Below, one piece after another: positions 14,856 through 24,148 of a DNA stretch of 39,066 bases (position 1 is its first letter; each line of letters starts with the position of its first letter). Where the stretch lies: IMG/VR virus record IMGVR_UViG_3300022744_000014, positions 1-39,066 of that record; one strand, 5' to 3'. The notes under the pieces are model-generated. The model searched no databases, was not told the origin of the DNA, and was given only the letters and a program-made list of their open reading frames with translations. A program made the position numbers and the translations under genes. The stretch comes from a virus.

Positions 14856-16192
14856 TTATTCTTGGGTCTACCTCTGACAAACTGCGCCTAACGACGGGCA
14901 GCGCGGGCACTGTTGCCGTGCATGTCTCGTGGGTGGACAACAACAGCGGCACGATCACGCCTGGGCGGACAAACACCGCCAGCATCACCACTGCAACAAC
15001 GACGGACATCGTGGCTTCGCCTGGTGCCAGCACATACCGAGCCGTCAAGTACGCCAGCATTTTTAACGCTGACGCTGCGATCACCAACACGATCACCATC
15101 ATTCACACCGATGGCACGACCGCCGAAAATCTGGCCACTGCCATCCTTGGGCCGAATGAGTCGCTGGCTTTTGTTGACGGCAGTGGATGGTTCCGGCTCA
15201 ACGCAGCAGGCGTGCCGATCACGACCGGCGAAAGCGCGGGCCAGGTGGATGTGCAGACGTTCAACGCTGGCGGCACTTGGACAAAGCCAACCACGTTCAC
15301 GGTCAAGAAAGTGATGGTTCAACTGTGGGGCGCTGGCGGTGGAGGTGGTGCTGGCGCTTCCCTTGCGACTGCCGTTGTTGCCAAAGGCGGTGGCGGTGGC
15401 GGTGGTGGCTGCTACGTGGAGCGCGTGTTTGACGCTTCCGACCTGACCGGCACCGTTGCCGTCACGCTGGGCACTGCAGGGACTGCTGGCGTTCCAGGTG
15501 CGGCGGGCGCAGCGGGCGGTGCTGGAGGTGTCGGAGGGGACTCCACTTTTGGCGCCTACCTGACGGCCTATGGCGGCGGCGGTGGCGCTGGCGGAGCAAT
15601 CAGCGCGGCAGCTACGGGAGGCGGCGGCGGCGGTGGCGCTGGCGGCGCGGGTGGCGTCGGAGGAACGTCGGGCGGGACCGGTGGGCTTCCTACCGCAGCG
15701 ACCAACGGCGCAGCCGGCCAGGGCGTCACCGGGGCTGCTGGCGCAGGCAGCGTGACTGCCAATGCGGAGTATGGCGGCGCAGGCGGTGGTGGATCCACTT
15801 CCACACCAGCGACGTCGGTTGGAGGCTCAAGCCTTCGAGGCGGCGGAGGCGGAGGAACGGGGGGCTGCCACAACGCGACACCCGCGAACGTGGCTGGTCG
15901 GGCTGGAGGCGCGTCCGGATCGTACTCGGCAGCCGGCGGCGCATACGGAACTGACAGCACGACTGGAGCGGCGGGTGCTGGTTCTGCAGGCGCAGATGGA
16001 AATTCCACCCGAGGCGGCAATGGCGGCGGCGGCGGCGGGACAACTACCTTCGCCGGCGCGGCTGGTGGTGCCGGTGGTGCCGGTGGCCTGGGCGGCGGCG
16101 GCGGCGGCGGCGGTGGTGTGGGCATGAACCCTGGTCTTGGTGGTGCTGGCGGAGTCGGCGGCGGCGGGCGCTGCATCGTCACGACCTGGTAA
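14852..16192 (+). CDS. Glycine-rich domain protein, 446 aa
   Basis: GTG start with GTGA overlap; N-terminal beta-rich domain, then WGAGGGGGAG and long GGxGG tracts to the C-terminus. Confidence 0.7.
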   Translation: MIILGSTSDKLRLTTGSAGTVAVHVSWVDNNSGTITPGRTNTASITTATTTDIVASPGASTYRAVKYASIFNADAAITNTITIIHTDGTTAENLATAILGPNESLAFVDGSGWFRLNAAGVPITTGESAGQVDVQTFNAGGTWTKPTTFTVKKVMVQLWGAGGGGGAGASLATAVVAKGGGGGGGGCYVERVFDASDLTGTVAVTLGTAGTAGVPGAAGAAGGAGGVGGDSTFGAYLTAYGGGGGAGGAISAAATGGGGGGGAGGAGGVGGTSGGTGGLPTAATNGAAGQGVTGAAGAGSVTANAEYGGAGGGGSTSTPATSVGGSSLRGGGGGGTGGCHNATPANVAGRAGGASGSYSAAGGAYGTDSTTGAAGAGSAGADGNSTRGGNGGGGGGTTTFAGAAGGAGGAGGLGGGGGGGGGVGMNPGLGGAGGVGGGGRCIVTTW

Positions 16193-16195
16193 GCC

Positions 16196-17104
16196 ATGGC
16201 GATCCCTCGCGGCCTGTGGGACGAAACCGGCGTCGTAGGCGGCTGGTTTGACGCCACTCAGCAGGCACGGGGATGGTTTGATGCCGACTTGCTGGATGTT
16301 GCGTCTGCTGGCGTCACTGGAACCCTGGCGACAACCAACGCTAACGATACGTTGTCGGCGGCGGGGACAACGACAGTCACCGGCACGCTTGCGCGGACAA
16401 ATGCAAACGACACCAGCAGCGCATCGGGCACGACAACGGTTGTCGGAACGCTGGCAAAGACAAACGCAGATGACACGTTAGCGGCATCGGGGACAGTGGG
16501 TGGCGGCGGAGTATCTGGAACGCTTGCTTACACCAATGCCAACGATACAAGTGCTGCCAGTGGCACGACGACGGTAACGGGAACAGTTGCCTATTCCAAC
16601 GCCAACGATACGGCAGCGGCTAATGGCTGGGCGGGGACGATTAGTGGGACGCTTGCGGTAAGCAATGCGAATGACACGCTTGCTGCTACGGGAAGCGCAG
16701 GGAGTGCAACGCCGTTCCCGTTCGGCGGTGTTGGTCTGTACCAGCCACCAAAGCGCGAGAGCGAAGAGCAGAAGCGCACCAGGCGGATCGCGCAGGGAAT
16801 CATCAGGGACGCGCAGAAACCTGCGGCGGACTTGGAGCGGTTGGCGAAGAAAGCCAGCAACGTATCGGCGCAACTGCGGGCCGATGTGGCGTTCTACGAG
16901 GCAGAAGCTGCGAGGTACGCAGCAGAGATAGCGCAGACAAAGCAAGCCATTGCGCTTGTGATGGAAGCGAGAAACAACGCTCTGGCGACCAAGCAGCTAG
17001 AGCAAAAGATGATTGCGGCGCAGTTGCAGGCAGAGGCAGCAGCGCAGCAGATGGAAGAACTGGACGTTGTATTTATGGCCGTCATGCTGGCGGCATTGGA
17101 GTAA
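16196..17104 (+). CDS. Repeat-containing structural-module protein, 302 aa: six 21-24-aa GTLAxTNANDT repeats plus a C-terminal coiled coil
   Basis: ATG 16196; repeats readable in the translation; C-terminal Ala/Gln/Glu helical segment. Confidence 0.65.
   Translation: MAIPRGLWDETGVVGGWFDATQQARGWFDADLLDVASAGVTGTLATTNANDTLSAAGTTTVTGTLARTNANDTSSASGTTTVVGTLAKTNADDTLAASGTVGGGGVSGTLAYTNANDTSAASGTTTVTGTVAYSNANDTAAANGWAGTISGTLAVSNANDTLAATGSAGSATPFPFGGVGLYQPPKRESEEQKRTRRIAQGIIRDAQKPAADLERLAKKASNVSAQLRADVAFYEAEAARYAAEIAQTKQAIALVMEARNNALATKQLEQKMIAAQLQAEAAAQQMEELDVVFMAVMLAALE
16316..16708 (+). repeat. Protein-level tandem repeats (6 units of 21-24 aa), diverged at the nucleotide level
   Basis: TGTLATTNANDTLSAAGTTTV / TGTLARTNANDTSSASGTTTV / VGTLAKTNADDTLAASGTVGGGGV / SGTLAYTNANDTSAASGTTTV / TGTVAYSNANDTAAANGWAGTI / SGTLAVSNANDTLAATGSAGSA. 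Confidence 0.85.
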
Positions 17105-17107
17105 GCC

Positions 17108-19204
17108 ATGAGCATTCGCGTAACGATCACAAAGAGCGGCGTCACGGACGGCTATGGCATTGCCATGGTTGTAGGGACGACATACACAGTCAATGATGAC
17201 TTTGGACTGTCGCTCATCAGTCAAGGCAAAGCCACCGACACAGATGGAAGTCTGGTCAATCCAGGGGTTGGGCTTGGTGTTGCGCCAAGTTTGGTGTATT
17301 GCAACGCAGCCACCATCGCAGCACCGACTGCGGCAATGCTTGCAAACGTCAACGCGATTTATGCGCTTGATGTTGCGCCATTTGGGCGCTATCGCAGCAA
17401 TGGAACGGCGCTTGTGTCTGCGGCTGAAGTTCAAAACTCTAACGGGTTTTTATCTTTGGTGGATGGTTCTGGTGGCGTTCCTCCGACTGCGCAGCCAGGG
17501 GTTCGCACTGTACTTTTTGGCGATTCACTCACGGATAACTACGAAGTCGTTGTAATTTCAACAAGCGCAGTTTTGTCGGGCAGCACGTTGACGGTAACTT
17601 ATGCCGGTCATCAGCAAGCCAATGGCTGGTATGTGTGCCTATGGAACAAAACATATTCCAGCTTCACCAAATTTCAACGCTTGCCGGTTACGGTAACGTC
17701 TTCAAGCGTCTTTACTGTTGCGCTTCCTACAGACGTTGCAGCGGGATTGCCACAAGGCGCACTTGCGGGAACGACGTTCTATCGTGCTGAATCTTGGCGC
17801 AGCGCGGAACATTGGCTAGGCTGGCTGCAAGCCATAAGCGGGCAGCGTTTCAACATTGTCTGGAACGGCGGGCAGTCTGGAGACACGACTGCGCAGGCAC
17901 TGGACCGCGTGACCCGCGACCTGAGTCCGTACAGCCCGCAACTCGTTTTCATGGTGATGCCGGGAATTAACGACATGTCTGCTAATCCGACGACATCGGA
18001 AGAAACGATCTACACCAACCAAGTGGCCTTGATTCGAGCCGTCAAGAATACCGGGGCTTACTTGGTGCTGATGACGCCCCAGCCGGTGTGCAGCCCCGAT
18101 ACGCGGGCGACGGCTCAACTGATGAGCAAGATTCGACGGCTAAAAGACCGGGTGCAGGCTTACTGTTTGGGGATTACTGGCGTCACCGTGGTGGACGCAT
18201 TTAAGGCAATTGTGGACCCCACATCTGCGACCGGGTTGGCAAACACCAATTACCTGCGGACAACGGACGGAACGCACTACAGCCAACGCGGCGGCAAGTT
18301 CTTGGCCGATCTGATTTGGTCGCAAATTCAGCCCTATTTCCCCGGCAACGTGCAGACGCTCCCGGCATCCAAGCAGGACCGCTACATCGGTTCTGCGCTG
18401 TCCTTGACCAGCGTCAGCAGGGCGTCGAACGTTGTCACTGGGACATCCAACGCCCACAATCGTTCTGTGGGCGAGGTGCTGAAACTCTCCGGCGGCTCGG
18501 AATCGTTCAATTCCTATGTCACGCTGACCGCCGTCACCACAAACACGGTGTCTTTTGCCTCAACCGGATCGGATGGCTCAATCACGGGCACCATCCTGCT
18601 AGGCGGCGACAACAACATTTTTGACAACCCGACTTTCGACACCGCAACGGGCGGCACGTTGGTCGCTGGCTCGGGAACCTGCACAGGCACTGCCCCAAGT
18701 CTCATCAAGGTCAGCAACGTAGCGGGGACGCCTGCGACGGTTTGCTCTGTCGTCGCTCGCCCGGACGGCTATGGCAACGACCTGCAGCTGGTTATCACGC
18801 CCGCATCTACCTCCGATCAAGTTTCGGCACAGGTGGACTTCACCCCGTCAACCGTCACATACCCGGCGCTGGTTCTTGCTGGACGCACCTACTATTTTGA
18901 GTGTGAGGTTTCGCTGATCGGCGTGGCAGGTTGCGGGCTGGGTGAAATCCGCTGCAACATGAGCATGACCATTGGCGGAACGCAGTACCAGACCTATGCG
19001 CTCAACGGTTATGTGAACGGCGCTGTCATCAACGAGGACGTAACCGGGTTGCATTTGCGAAGTGCCCCGTTGTTGATGCCGTCTGGGACCGCCACGATCG
19101 TCAGGCCAGAGGTCTTGGTTGGTTTCAGCAATTGGGCATCTGGTGCAACCCCGCTTGTTGTGAAGATTGGGCGCGTTGCCCTGCGTGAAGTCGAAGGAGC
19201 CTGA
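17108..19204 (+). CDS. SGNH/GDSL-hydrolase domain protein, 698 aa (putative virion-associated esterase/deacetylase)
   Basis: Block I VLFGDSLTDNY, block II WNGGQSGDTT, block III MPGINDM, block V DGTHYS, in the canonical order. Confidence 0.75.
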   Translation: MSIRVTITKSGVTDGYGIAMVVGTTYTVNDDFGLSLISQGKATDTDGSLVNPGVGLGVAPSLVYCNAATIAAPTAAMLANVNAIYALDVAPFGRYRSNGTALVSAAEVQNSNGFLSLVDGSGGVPPTAQPGVRTVLFGDSLTDNYEVVVISTSAVLSGSTLTVTYAGHQQANGWYVCLWNKTYSSFTKFQRLPVTVTSSSVFTVALPTDVAAGLPQGALAGTTFYRAESWRSAEHWLGWLQAISGQRFNIVWNGGQSGDTTAQALDRVTRDLSPYSPQLVFMVMPGINDMSANPTTSEETIYTNQVALIRAVKNTGAYLVLMTPQPVCSPDTRATAQLMSKIRRLKDRVQAYCLGITGVTVVDAFKAIVDPTSATGLANTNYLRTTDGTHYSQRGGKFLADLIWSQIQPYFPGNVQTLPASKQDRYIGSALSLTSVSRASNVVTGTSNAHNRSVGEVLKLSGGSESFNSYVTLTAVTTNTVSFASTGSDGSITGTILLGGDNNIFDNPTFDTATGGTLVAGSGTCTGTAPSLIKVSNVAGTPATVCSVVARPDGYGNDLQLVITPASTSDQVSAQVDFTPSTVTYPALVLAGRTYYFECEVSLIGVAGCGLGEIRCNMSMTIGGTQYQTYALNGYVNGAVINEDVTGLHLRSAPLLMPSGTATIVRPEVLVGFSNWASGATPLVVKIGRVALREVEGA

Positions 19205-19205
19205 C

Positions 19206-19589
19206 ATGCCGCTTGCAATTGAACTTCAGGGGCTGGGCTTTGCGCCCGCTCAACTGCAGACCATCTTTGGGAAGCGCGCCATTGTGGCCGCTGCTGGGAG
19301 CGTTCAGACGGACGCTGCGGCAATCACTAAGTCGAACACGGTTGTTACCGGGGCCGATGCGACGAAGGGCGTGATTCTGCCGGTTTGTCAGGTAGGCGAG
19401 TCCGTGCAGATCGTGAACGACTCTGCTTCGGCGTTGAAGGTCTACCCGCCTGTGGGAGATGCCATTGGCGTGCCTGGCACTTCGTGGAGCGCGGCGACCG
19501 CCAATGCAGCCTATTCGCACACGACTTTTGCTGTAGTGACGTACACCAAGTTGGCCCCGCTGATCTGGTCGGTGAACAAATCGGCTTGA
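19206..19589 (+). CDS. Hypothetical protein, 127 aa
   Basis: ATG 19206, 2 nt after the upstream stop; last gene before the terminator. Confidence 0.5.
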   Translation: MPLAIELQGLGFAPAQLQTIFGKRAIVAAAGSVQTDAAAITKSNTVVTGADATKGVILPVCQVGESVQIVNDSASALKVYPPVGDAIGVPGTSWSAATANAAYSHTTFAVVTYTKLAPLIWSVNKSA

Positions 19590-19704
19590 TGCGTTTTTTG
19601 CCGCAAGGCCCGACCAGGCGGCACCTGGGTTTTCCAAAACGCCGTGAGGCGCTGCACCCCTAGCGGGGTCGGAAAGGATCAGATGAACAAGACTGAAACC
19701 GGAT

Positions 19705-19739
19705 AGGGGCGTGGGCGACTGCGCCCCTCTCTTTACTTC
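19705..19739 (+). terminator. Rho-independent terminator candidate
   Basis: Stem aggggcg (19705-19711) pairs with cgcccct (19722-19728); 10-nt loop; pyrimidine/T-rich tail ctctttacttc. Confidence 0.45.
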
Positions 19740-19791
19740 AAACGATAGCCAAAAGCTACCGCACTTGCACATCTGATAGGAGTAATGCATA

Positions 19792-20562
19792 ATGAATACA
19801 GATACGGCAACCGAGGTTGTTGAATCACCGGCAGTCGCCACGGAACAGGCGACGACCCCGGAGGCGGTCACTGCGGCGCCCGAGGGAGTACCTACGCAGG
19901 CTGAGACGAAGACGTTCACGCAAGAGCAACTGAACGAAATCATCCAGAGAGAAAAGGCAAAGGCCGAAGCGAAAGCTGAACGGCGGGCTAACAGAGCGTA
20001 CCGGGAGACGTTGGAGCGGATTCTGCCGCAGCCGACCAGTCAACCACAGCCAGATGGCAAACCTTCGCGTGCGTCCTTCAATGGCGACGATGAGGCGTAC
20101 ATCGAAGCGGTGGCGGATTGGAAGATCAACCAACGCGACCAGCAGACCAAGCAACAGCGCGAAGCGGAACAGCGGCAGAACACCGCGACGAAGACGGAAA
20201 AGCTTTACACGGAAGCCTCAAAACTTCCCGGCTTTGACCGCGAATCGTTCGAGGAATTGCCCCTCACTCCGTCCATTGCGCAGGCGCTCATCGACAGCGA
20301 TGCGGCCCCTCAGTTGATGGCCTGGATGGCGTCAAACCCTGACGACATCGAACGCATCTCCAAGCTCTCCCCAGCACGCCAAGCCGCTGAATTGGGCAAG
20401 TTGGAGGCACGGCTTTCAGCGCCCAAGTTAACCAAAGAGCCGCCCGCACCAATCAGAACCGTGGCTGGTGGGGGTTCAGTGTCAAACGGCGACCTTTCCA
20501 AGATGACGATGGACGAATACATCGCAACGCGGAAGAAGCAGGGCGCTCGTTGGGCACGTTGA
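19792..20562 (+). CDS. Scaffolding protein
   Basis: Highly charged helical 256-aa protein immediately upstream of the coat gene; AGGAG SD. Confidence 0.7.
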   Translation: MNTDTATEVVESPAVATEQATTPEAVTAAPEGVPTQAETKTFTQEQLNEIIQREKAKAEAKAERRANRAYRETLERILPQPTSQPQPDGKPSRASFNGDDEAYIEAVADWKINQRDQQTKQQREAEQRQNTATKTEKLYTEASKLPGFDRESFEELPLTPSIAQALIDSDAAPQLMAWMASNPDDIERISKLSPARQAAELGKLEARLSAPKLTKEPPAPIRTVAGGGSVSNGDLSKMTMDEYIATRKKQGARWAR

Positions 20563-20582
20563 CAACTGCATAGGAAACTCAA

Positions 20583-21797
20583 ATGAGCAACACCCTTGTT
20601 ACCTGTTCCATTGTGGCGAAGGAAGCCCTTCCCATTCTGGAAAACATGCTGACGTTCTCTCGCAACGTCAATCGCGATTGGGAAGACGAGTTCATGGGCA
20701 ATATGTCCCGTGGATACGCCCCCGGCAGCACCATCAACATCAAGAAGCCGCCTCGGTATCAGTACCGCGCTGGCCGCGTCTCGGTGCCTCAGTCCACCGT
20801 GGAAACCACGATCCCGCTGACTCTCTCTCAAGGCGGTACGGATCTCAACTTCACTTCGGTGGAGCAGACCCTGAGCCTGACCAAGCTGGAAGACAAGATT
20901 GCAGCGGCTATTGCGCCGATTGCCAACGAAATCGACCGGCAGGGTTTGCAGCTCGCTCACTTCAACACGTTCAACGCACTGAACCCGACCGGCGCACTGC
21001 CGACGACTCAGTTGCAGGGCGTGCAGATCGTGACCGATGCCAATCGTCGCTTGGACGAAATGGGCGCTCCGCGTGACATGAACCGCATGCTGGTTTCTGG
21101 GCCTGGTCTTAACGGTGCTTTGCTCAACACGTTCTCGGGCATGTTCAATGCTCAGAGTTCGCTGAACAAGCAATACAACACCGGCCTGATGCAGTCCGCT
21201 TTTGGTATTGACCAGGGCATGGACCAGAACGTGGACACGCACACCAACGGCACGCAGAACGTGGCGGGCGTGAACATCAACGGAGCCAATCAAACCGGCT
21301 CCGCCATCACCACTGTTGCGCTGACCGGCACCATTACCCGGGGAACGGTCATCACCCTGCCGGGTGTGTTTGCGGTAAACCCGCAATCGCGTCAATCGAC
21401 TGGTGTGCTGGCGCAGTTCGTGGTTACGTCGGACTTGGCAGTGGGTGCCACAAGCATTCCCCTGTCGCCTGCTCTGGTGACATCTGGCGCTTTCCAGAAC
21501 GTGTCTGCTTCGCCCACCACGGGTAGCCCGTTCCTGATCGTCGGCGCTGCCTCCACCGCGTACCAGACCAACGTGGCGTATCACAAAGATGCGTTCACTC
21601 TGGCGATGGTCCCGATGTGGGCTCCCAAGGGCGGAAAGGGCGTGATCGATGTGGCCCAAGAAACCCACAACGGTTTTACCGTGAAGGTCACAAACTTCTA
21701 TGACGGCGTGAACGATAACGCTATCTGGAGGCTGGATGTGCTGTTCGGCTGGGCTGCAACCTACCCCGAACTGTCGGCCAAGATTTACAGCGTTTAA
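20583..21797 (+). CDS. Major capsid (coat) protein, P22 gp5-type
   Basis: 404 aa after the scaffold gene; the N-terminus IVAKEALPILENMLTFSRNVNRDWEDEF is typical of P22-coat-family proteins. Confidence 0.8.
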   Translation: MSNTLVTCSIVAKEALPILENMLTFSRNVNRDWEDEFMGNMSRGYAPGSTINIKKPPRYQYRAGRVSVPQSTVETTIPLTLSQGGTDLNFTSVEQTLSLTKLEDKIAAAIAPIANEIDRQGLQLAHFNTFNALNPTGALPTTQLQGVQIVTDANRRLDEMGAPRDMNRMLVSGPGLNGALLNTFSGMFNAQSSLNKQYNTGLMQSAFGIDQGMDQNVDTHTNGTQNVAGVNINGANQTGSAITTVALTGTITRGTVITLPGVFAVNPQSRQSTGVLAQFVVTSDLAVGATSIPLSPALVTSGAFQNVSASPTTGSPFLIVGAASTAYQTNVAYHKDAFTLAMVPMWAPKGGKGVIDVAQETHNGFTVKVTNFYDGVNDNAIWRLDVLFGWAATYPELSAKIYSV

Positions 21798-21809
21798 GGA
21801 GCAACAGAC

Positions 21810-22523
21810 ATGAGCGTTTTTCTGCTTCGCCCGTATCAGGGCTACGCCGCGTCCAGCACCACTGCTGTGACGTTTCCCGACTCCACCGAGGCGGCTTTGA
21901 TTGCGCAGGGTCTGGCTACCGCTGGCCCCGTGACTGTCGCGCCGTCAATCGTTGGCGGACCGGATGGCTTCGTGACCCAAGCCGGCAACCTGGCTTTCCT
22001 GCCGCAATCCGGGCAGGGCACGCCGACGTTTCCGCAAGGACCTGCGATCCTGCCGAATATGCCCCTTGGGACTGCTGCGCTCACCGCTGCTGGCGCTTCC
22101 TCGGTGCATGTGGCGGGTACTCTCAACATCAGCGAAATCTTCATCCCGCACTGGAACACCTGGAAGGGCCTCGCGGTTCTGAACGGCACTATTGTGGGCA
22201 CGGACAACATGCTGGTGGCTCTGTACGGCGGCTCTGGCATTCTGTTGGCGAACTCGGCTGTGGCCGGTACGCTGTCGGCTGGTGCTTCGACGTTCCAGAA
22301 TCGGGACTTCCTGTTCCCGATCACTCTGGCTCCGGGTCGCTATTTCTGCGCGGTGCAATCCAACGGCACCACGGCGACCTCGAACAAGTTTGTCGCTGCG
22401 AACGGCGTCAACGTGCTGACTACTTCGGTGGCTGGTACGTTCGGCACTGTCCCGTCGACGATCACTGTTCCGACGACCTTTACCACGGCTGTCGGCTGCG
22501 TCTGCCAGTTGTACACGACCTAA
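21810..22523 (+). CDS. Hypothetical structural-module protein, 237 aa
   Basis: AAGGAG SD; follows the coat gene; no recognised motif. Confidence 0.5.
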   Translation: MSVFLLRPYQGYAASSTTAVTFPDSTEAALIAQGLATAGPVTVAPSIVGGPDGFVTQAGNLAFLPQSGQGTPTFPQGPAILPNMPLGTAALTAAGASSVHVAGTLNISEIFIPHWNTWKGLAVLNGTIVGTDNMLVALYGGSGILLANSAVAGTLSAGASTFQNRDFLFPITLAPGRYFCAVQSNGTTATSNKFVAANGVNVLTTSVAGTFGTVPSTITVPTTFTTAVGCVCQLYTT

Positions 22524-22534
22524 CCTTCAGGCCT

Positions 22535-22558
22535 GAGAGGCTCCGAAAGGGGCCTTTC
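22535..22558 (+). terminator. Stable hairpin with GAAA tetraloop; attenuator or terminator candidate with no clear U-tract
   Basis: gagaggctcc - gaaa - ggggcctttc: 10 pairs including 2 G-T. Confidence 0.3.
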
Positions 22559-22576
22559 TCACATGGAGGGTAGGCG

Positions 22577-24148
22577 ATGCAGAAGTATCAGGATGTTGTC
22601 TCCAAGCCCAACGGGGATATTGTTGTCGGCGCATCGGTGCTTGTGCAGACCTATCCGGCAGGGGTCACTTCAACCATATATAGCGATGATGGCGTAACGG
22701 CAGCAACAAACCCACTGACTACCGATAGCCTTGGCGGGTTTGCCTTCTACGCTCCCAATGGGCGCTATCAACTGGTCATCAGTGGCGCGGGAATTACTCA
22801 ACGCACGGTTACGGATGTGCTGCTAGAGGACATCACGGATGTCTACGTCAGCAACTTTGGAGTTTTAGGGCTTGGAAATGATGCCGCCATCATGCAAGCG
22901 GCGATTGACTCGGTTGTAGGGACTTCTGCGCGGCTCATCATTCCGGGAAATACAACCGTCCAGCTTGGCTCTACTGGGTTGACAGTCAATGGTTCATTGA
23001 ACCTTATTGGTGAAGCGGGGAGAAACCGCACGGCGATTAGTTGGACAAACACCACTATGACGGCGATCACCGTTGCCAGCAATGCGGCGGTGTACTTTGA
23101 TGGCATAAACTTTGCCGGCCCATCGTCCTGCACGGCGGGGGGTGCTATCTCGCTGTCAGGCGCAGGAGCGGGGACCGCCAATAGTTTCAGCAAGATTGTT
23201 GACTGCCAATTCACCAACGGCTACCGGCAGGTTTACGCGCCAGACGCCTACGCGTGGCAAATCAGCGGGAACTATTTCAACGCTCCTGTGAACACGGGTG
23301 TTTACGTGGGCAACACCACGGCGGCGGACGCTGGCGACAGTTCGTTGCTTGATAACGTTTTTGCCAATGGTATCGCAGGCTCTGTGTATGTGCGCCAAGT
23401 CTCAAGCGGAGGCTTGCGCGTGCTGGATAACAAACTGAACGGCGGTGCGTATGGCTACCTTGGCGACCTCGGAGCGGGTGTTACCACTTCCATCCTGATC
23501 TTTGAAGGCAACAGCGTCGAAAACCAGACGGTTTCAGGTGTGTGCATGAGAAACACAGCGGGAACTGCATCGTTCTCGCAAGTGATTGTTGACGGAAACC
23601 AGTTTTACAACCAGCCGACTCCCATCCTTTTTGATGATGCTATGGCGTTCATGTCAACCATGGCGATTACAGATAACACCATTGTCTGCAAGACGGGAGC
23701 AGGAACGACTTGCGCCATTACTGTGACTGCGGTGCCAAAGACCGTCATCAGTGGCAACGTCATTTTCGGTAGTGGTACTACGGCGCTTGGCATCAACGTC
23801 GGGGCATCTAGCACTGACAGCAAGGTGACGGACGATAACGTGGTTTATGGATGCACCACGGACGCCACAATTGCCAACACCAACACGGTGGCGAGTGCAG
23901 CAACGATTTCCCTGCCTGCTGCTTACGACATCATCCAAATCAGCGGCGTGACGGGAATTACCGGGATTGCTACTGGCAATGCTTGGAAGGGGCGCACCGT
24001 CACTTTGATGTTTCAAGGCGTTTTGACGGTGACGGACGGCAGCAATTTGAAGCTTGCCGGGAATTTCACGACCACGGCAGACGACACGTTGACACTAGCC
24101 TGTGTTGACGGAACGAACTGGTACGAGGTTTGTAGGAGTGTAAACTAA
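22577..24148 (+). CDS. Tailspike-like protein, 523 aa, with a right-handed beta-helix (pectate-lyase-like) domain
   Basis: N-terminus MQKYQDVVSKPNGDIVVGASVLV...YSDDGVT...NPLTTDSLGGFAFYAPNGRY is typical of phage fibre/spike heads. It is followed by VSNFGVLGLGNDAAIMQAAID and repetitive Asn/Gly/Thr-rich beta-helix-like segments. Confidence 0.65.
   Translation: MQKYQDVVSKPNGDIVVGASVLVQTYPAGVTSTIYSDDGVTAATNPLTTDSLGGFAFYAPNGRYQLVISGAGITQRTVTDVLLEDITDVYVSNFGVLGLGNDAAIMQAAIDSVVGTSARLIIPGNTTVQLGSTGLTVNGSLNLIGEAGRNRTAISWTNTTMTAITVASNAAVYFDGINFAGPSSCTAGGAISLSGAGAGTANSFSKIVDCQFTNGYRQVYAPDAYAWQISGNYFNAPVNTGVYVGNTTAADAGDSSLLDNVFANGIAGSVYVRQVSSGGLRVLDNKLNGGAYGYLGDLGAGVTTSILIFEGNSVENQTVSGVCMRNTAGTASFSQVIVDGNQFYNQPTPILFDDAMAFMSTMAITDNTIVCKTGAGTTCAITVTAVPKTVISGNVIFGSGTTALGINVGASSTDSKVTDDNVVYGCTTDATIANTNTVASAATISLPAAYDIIQISGVTGITGIATGNAWKGRTVTLMFQGVLTVTDGSNLKLAGNFTTTADDTLTLACVDGTNWYEVCRSVN

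Noticed and set aside
15568-16257. 229-aa proline-rich minus-strand ORF
   Set aside because: It is the mirror image of the glycine-rich gene (GGN codons read as NCC on the other strand) and is not an independent gene.
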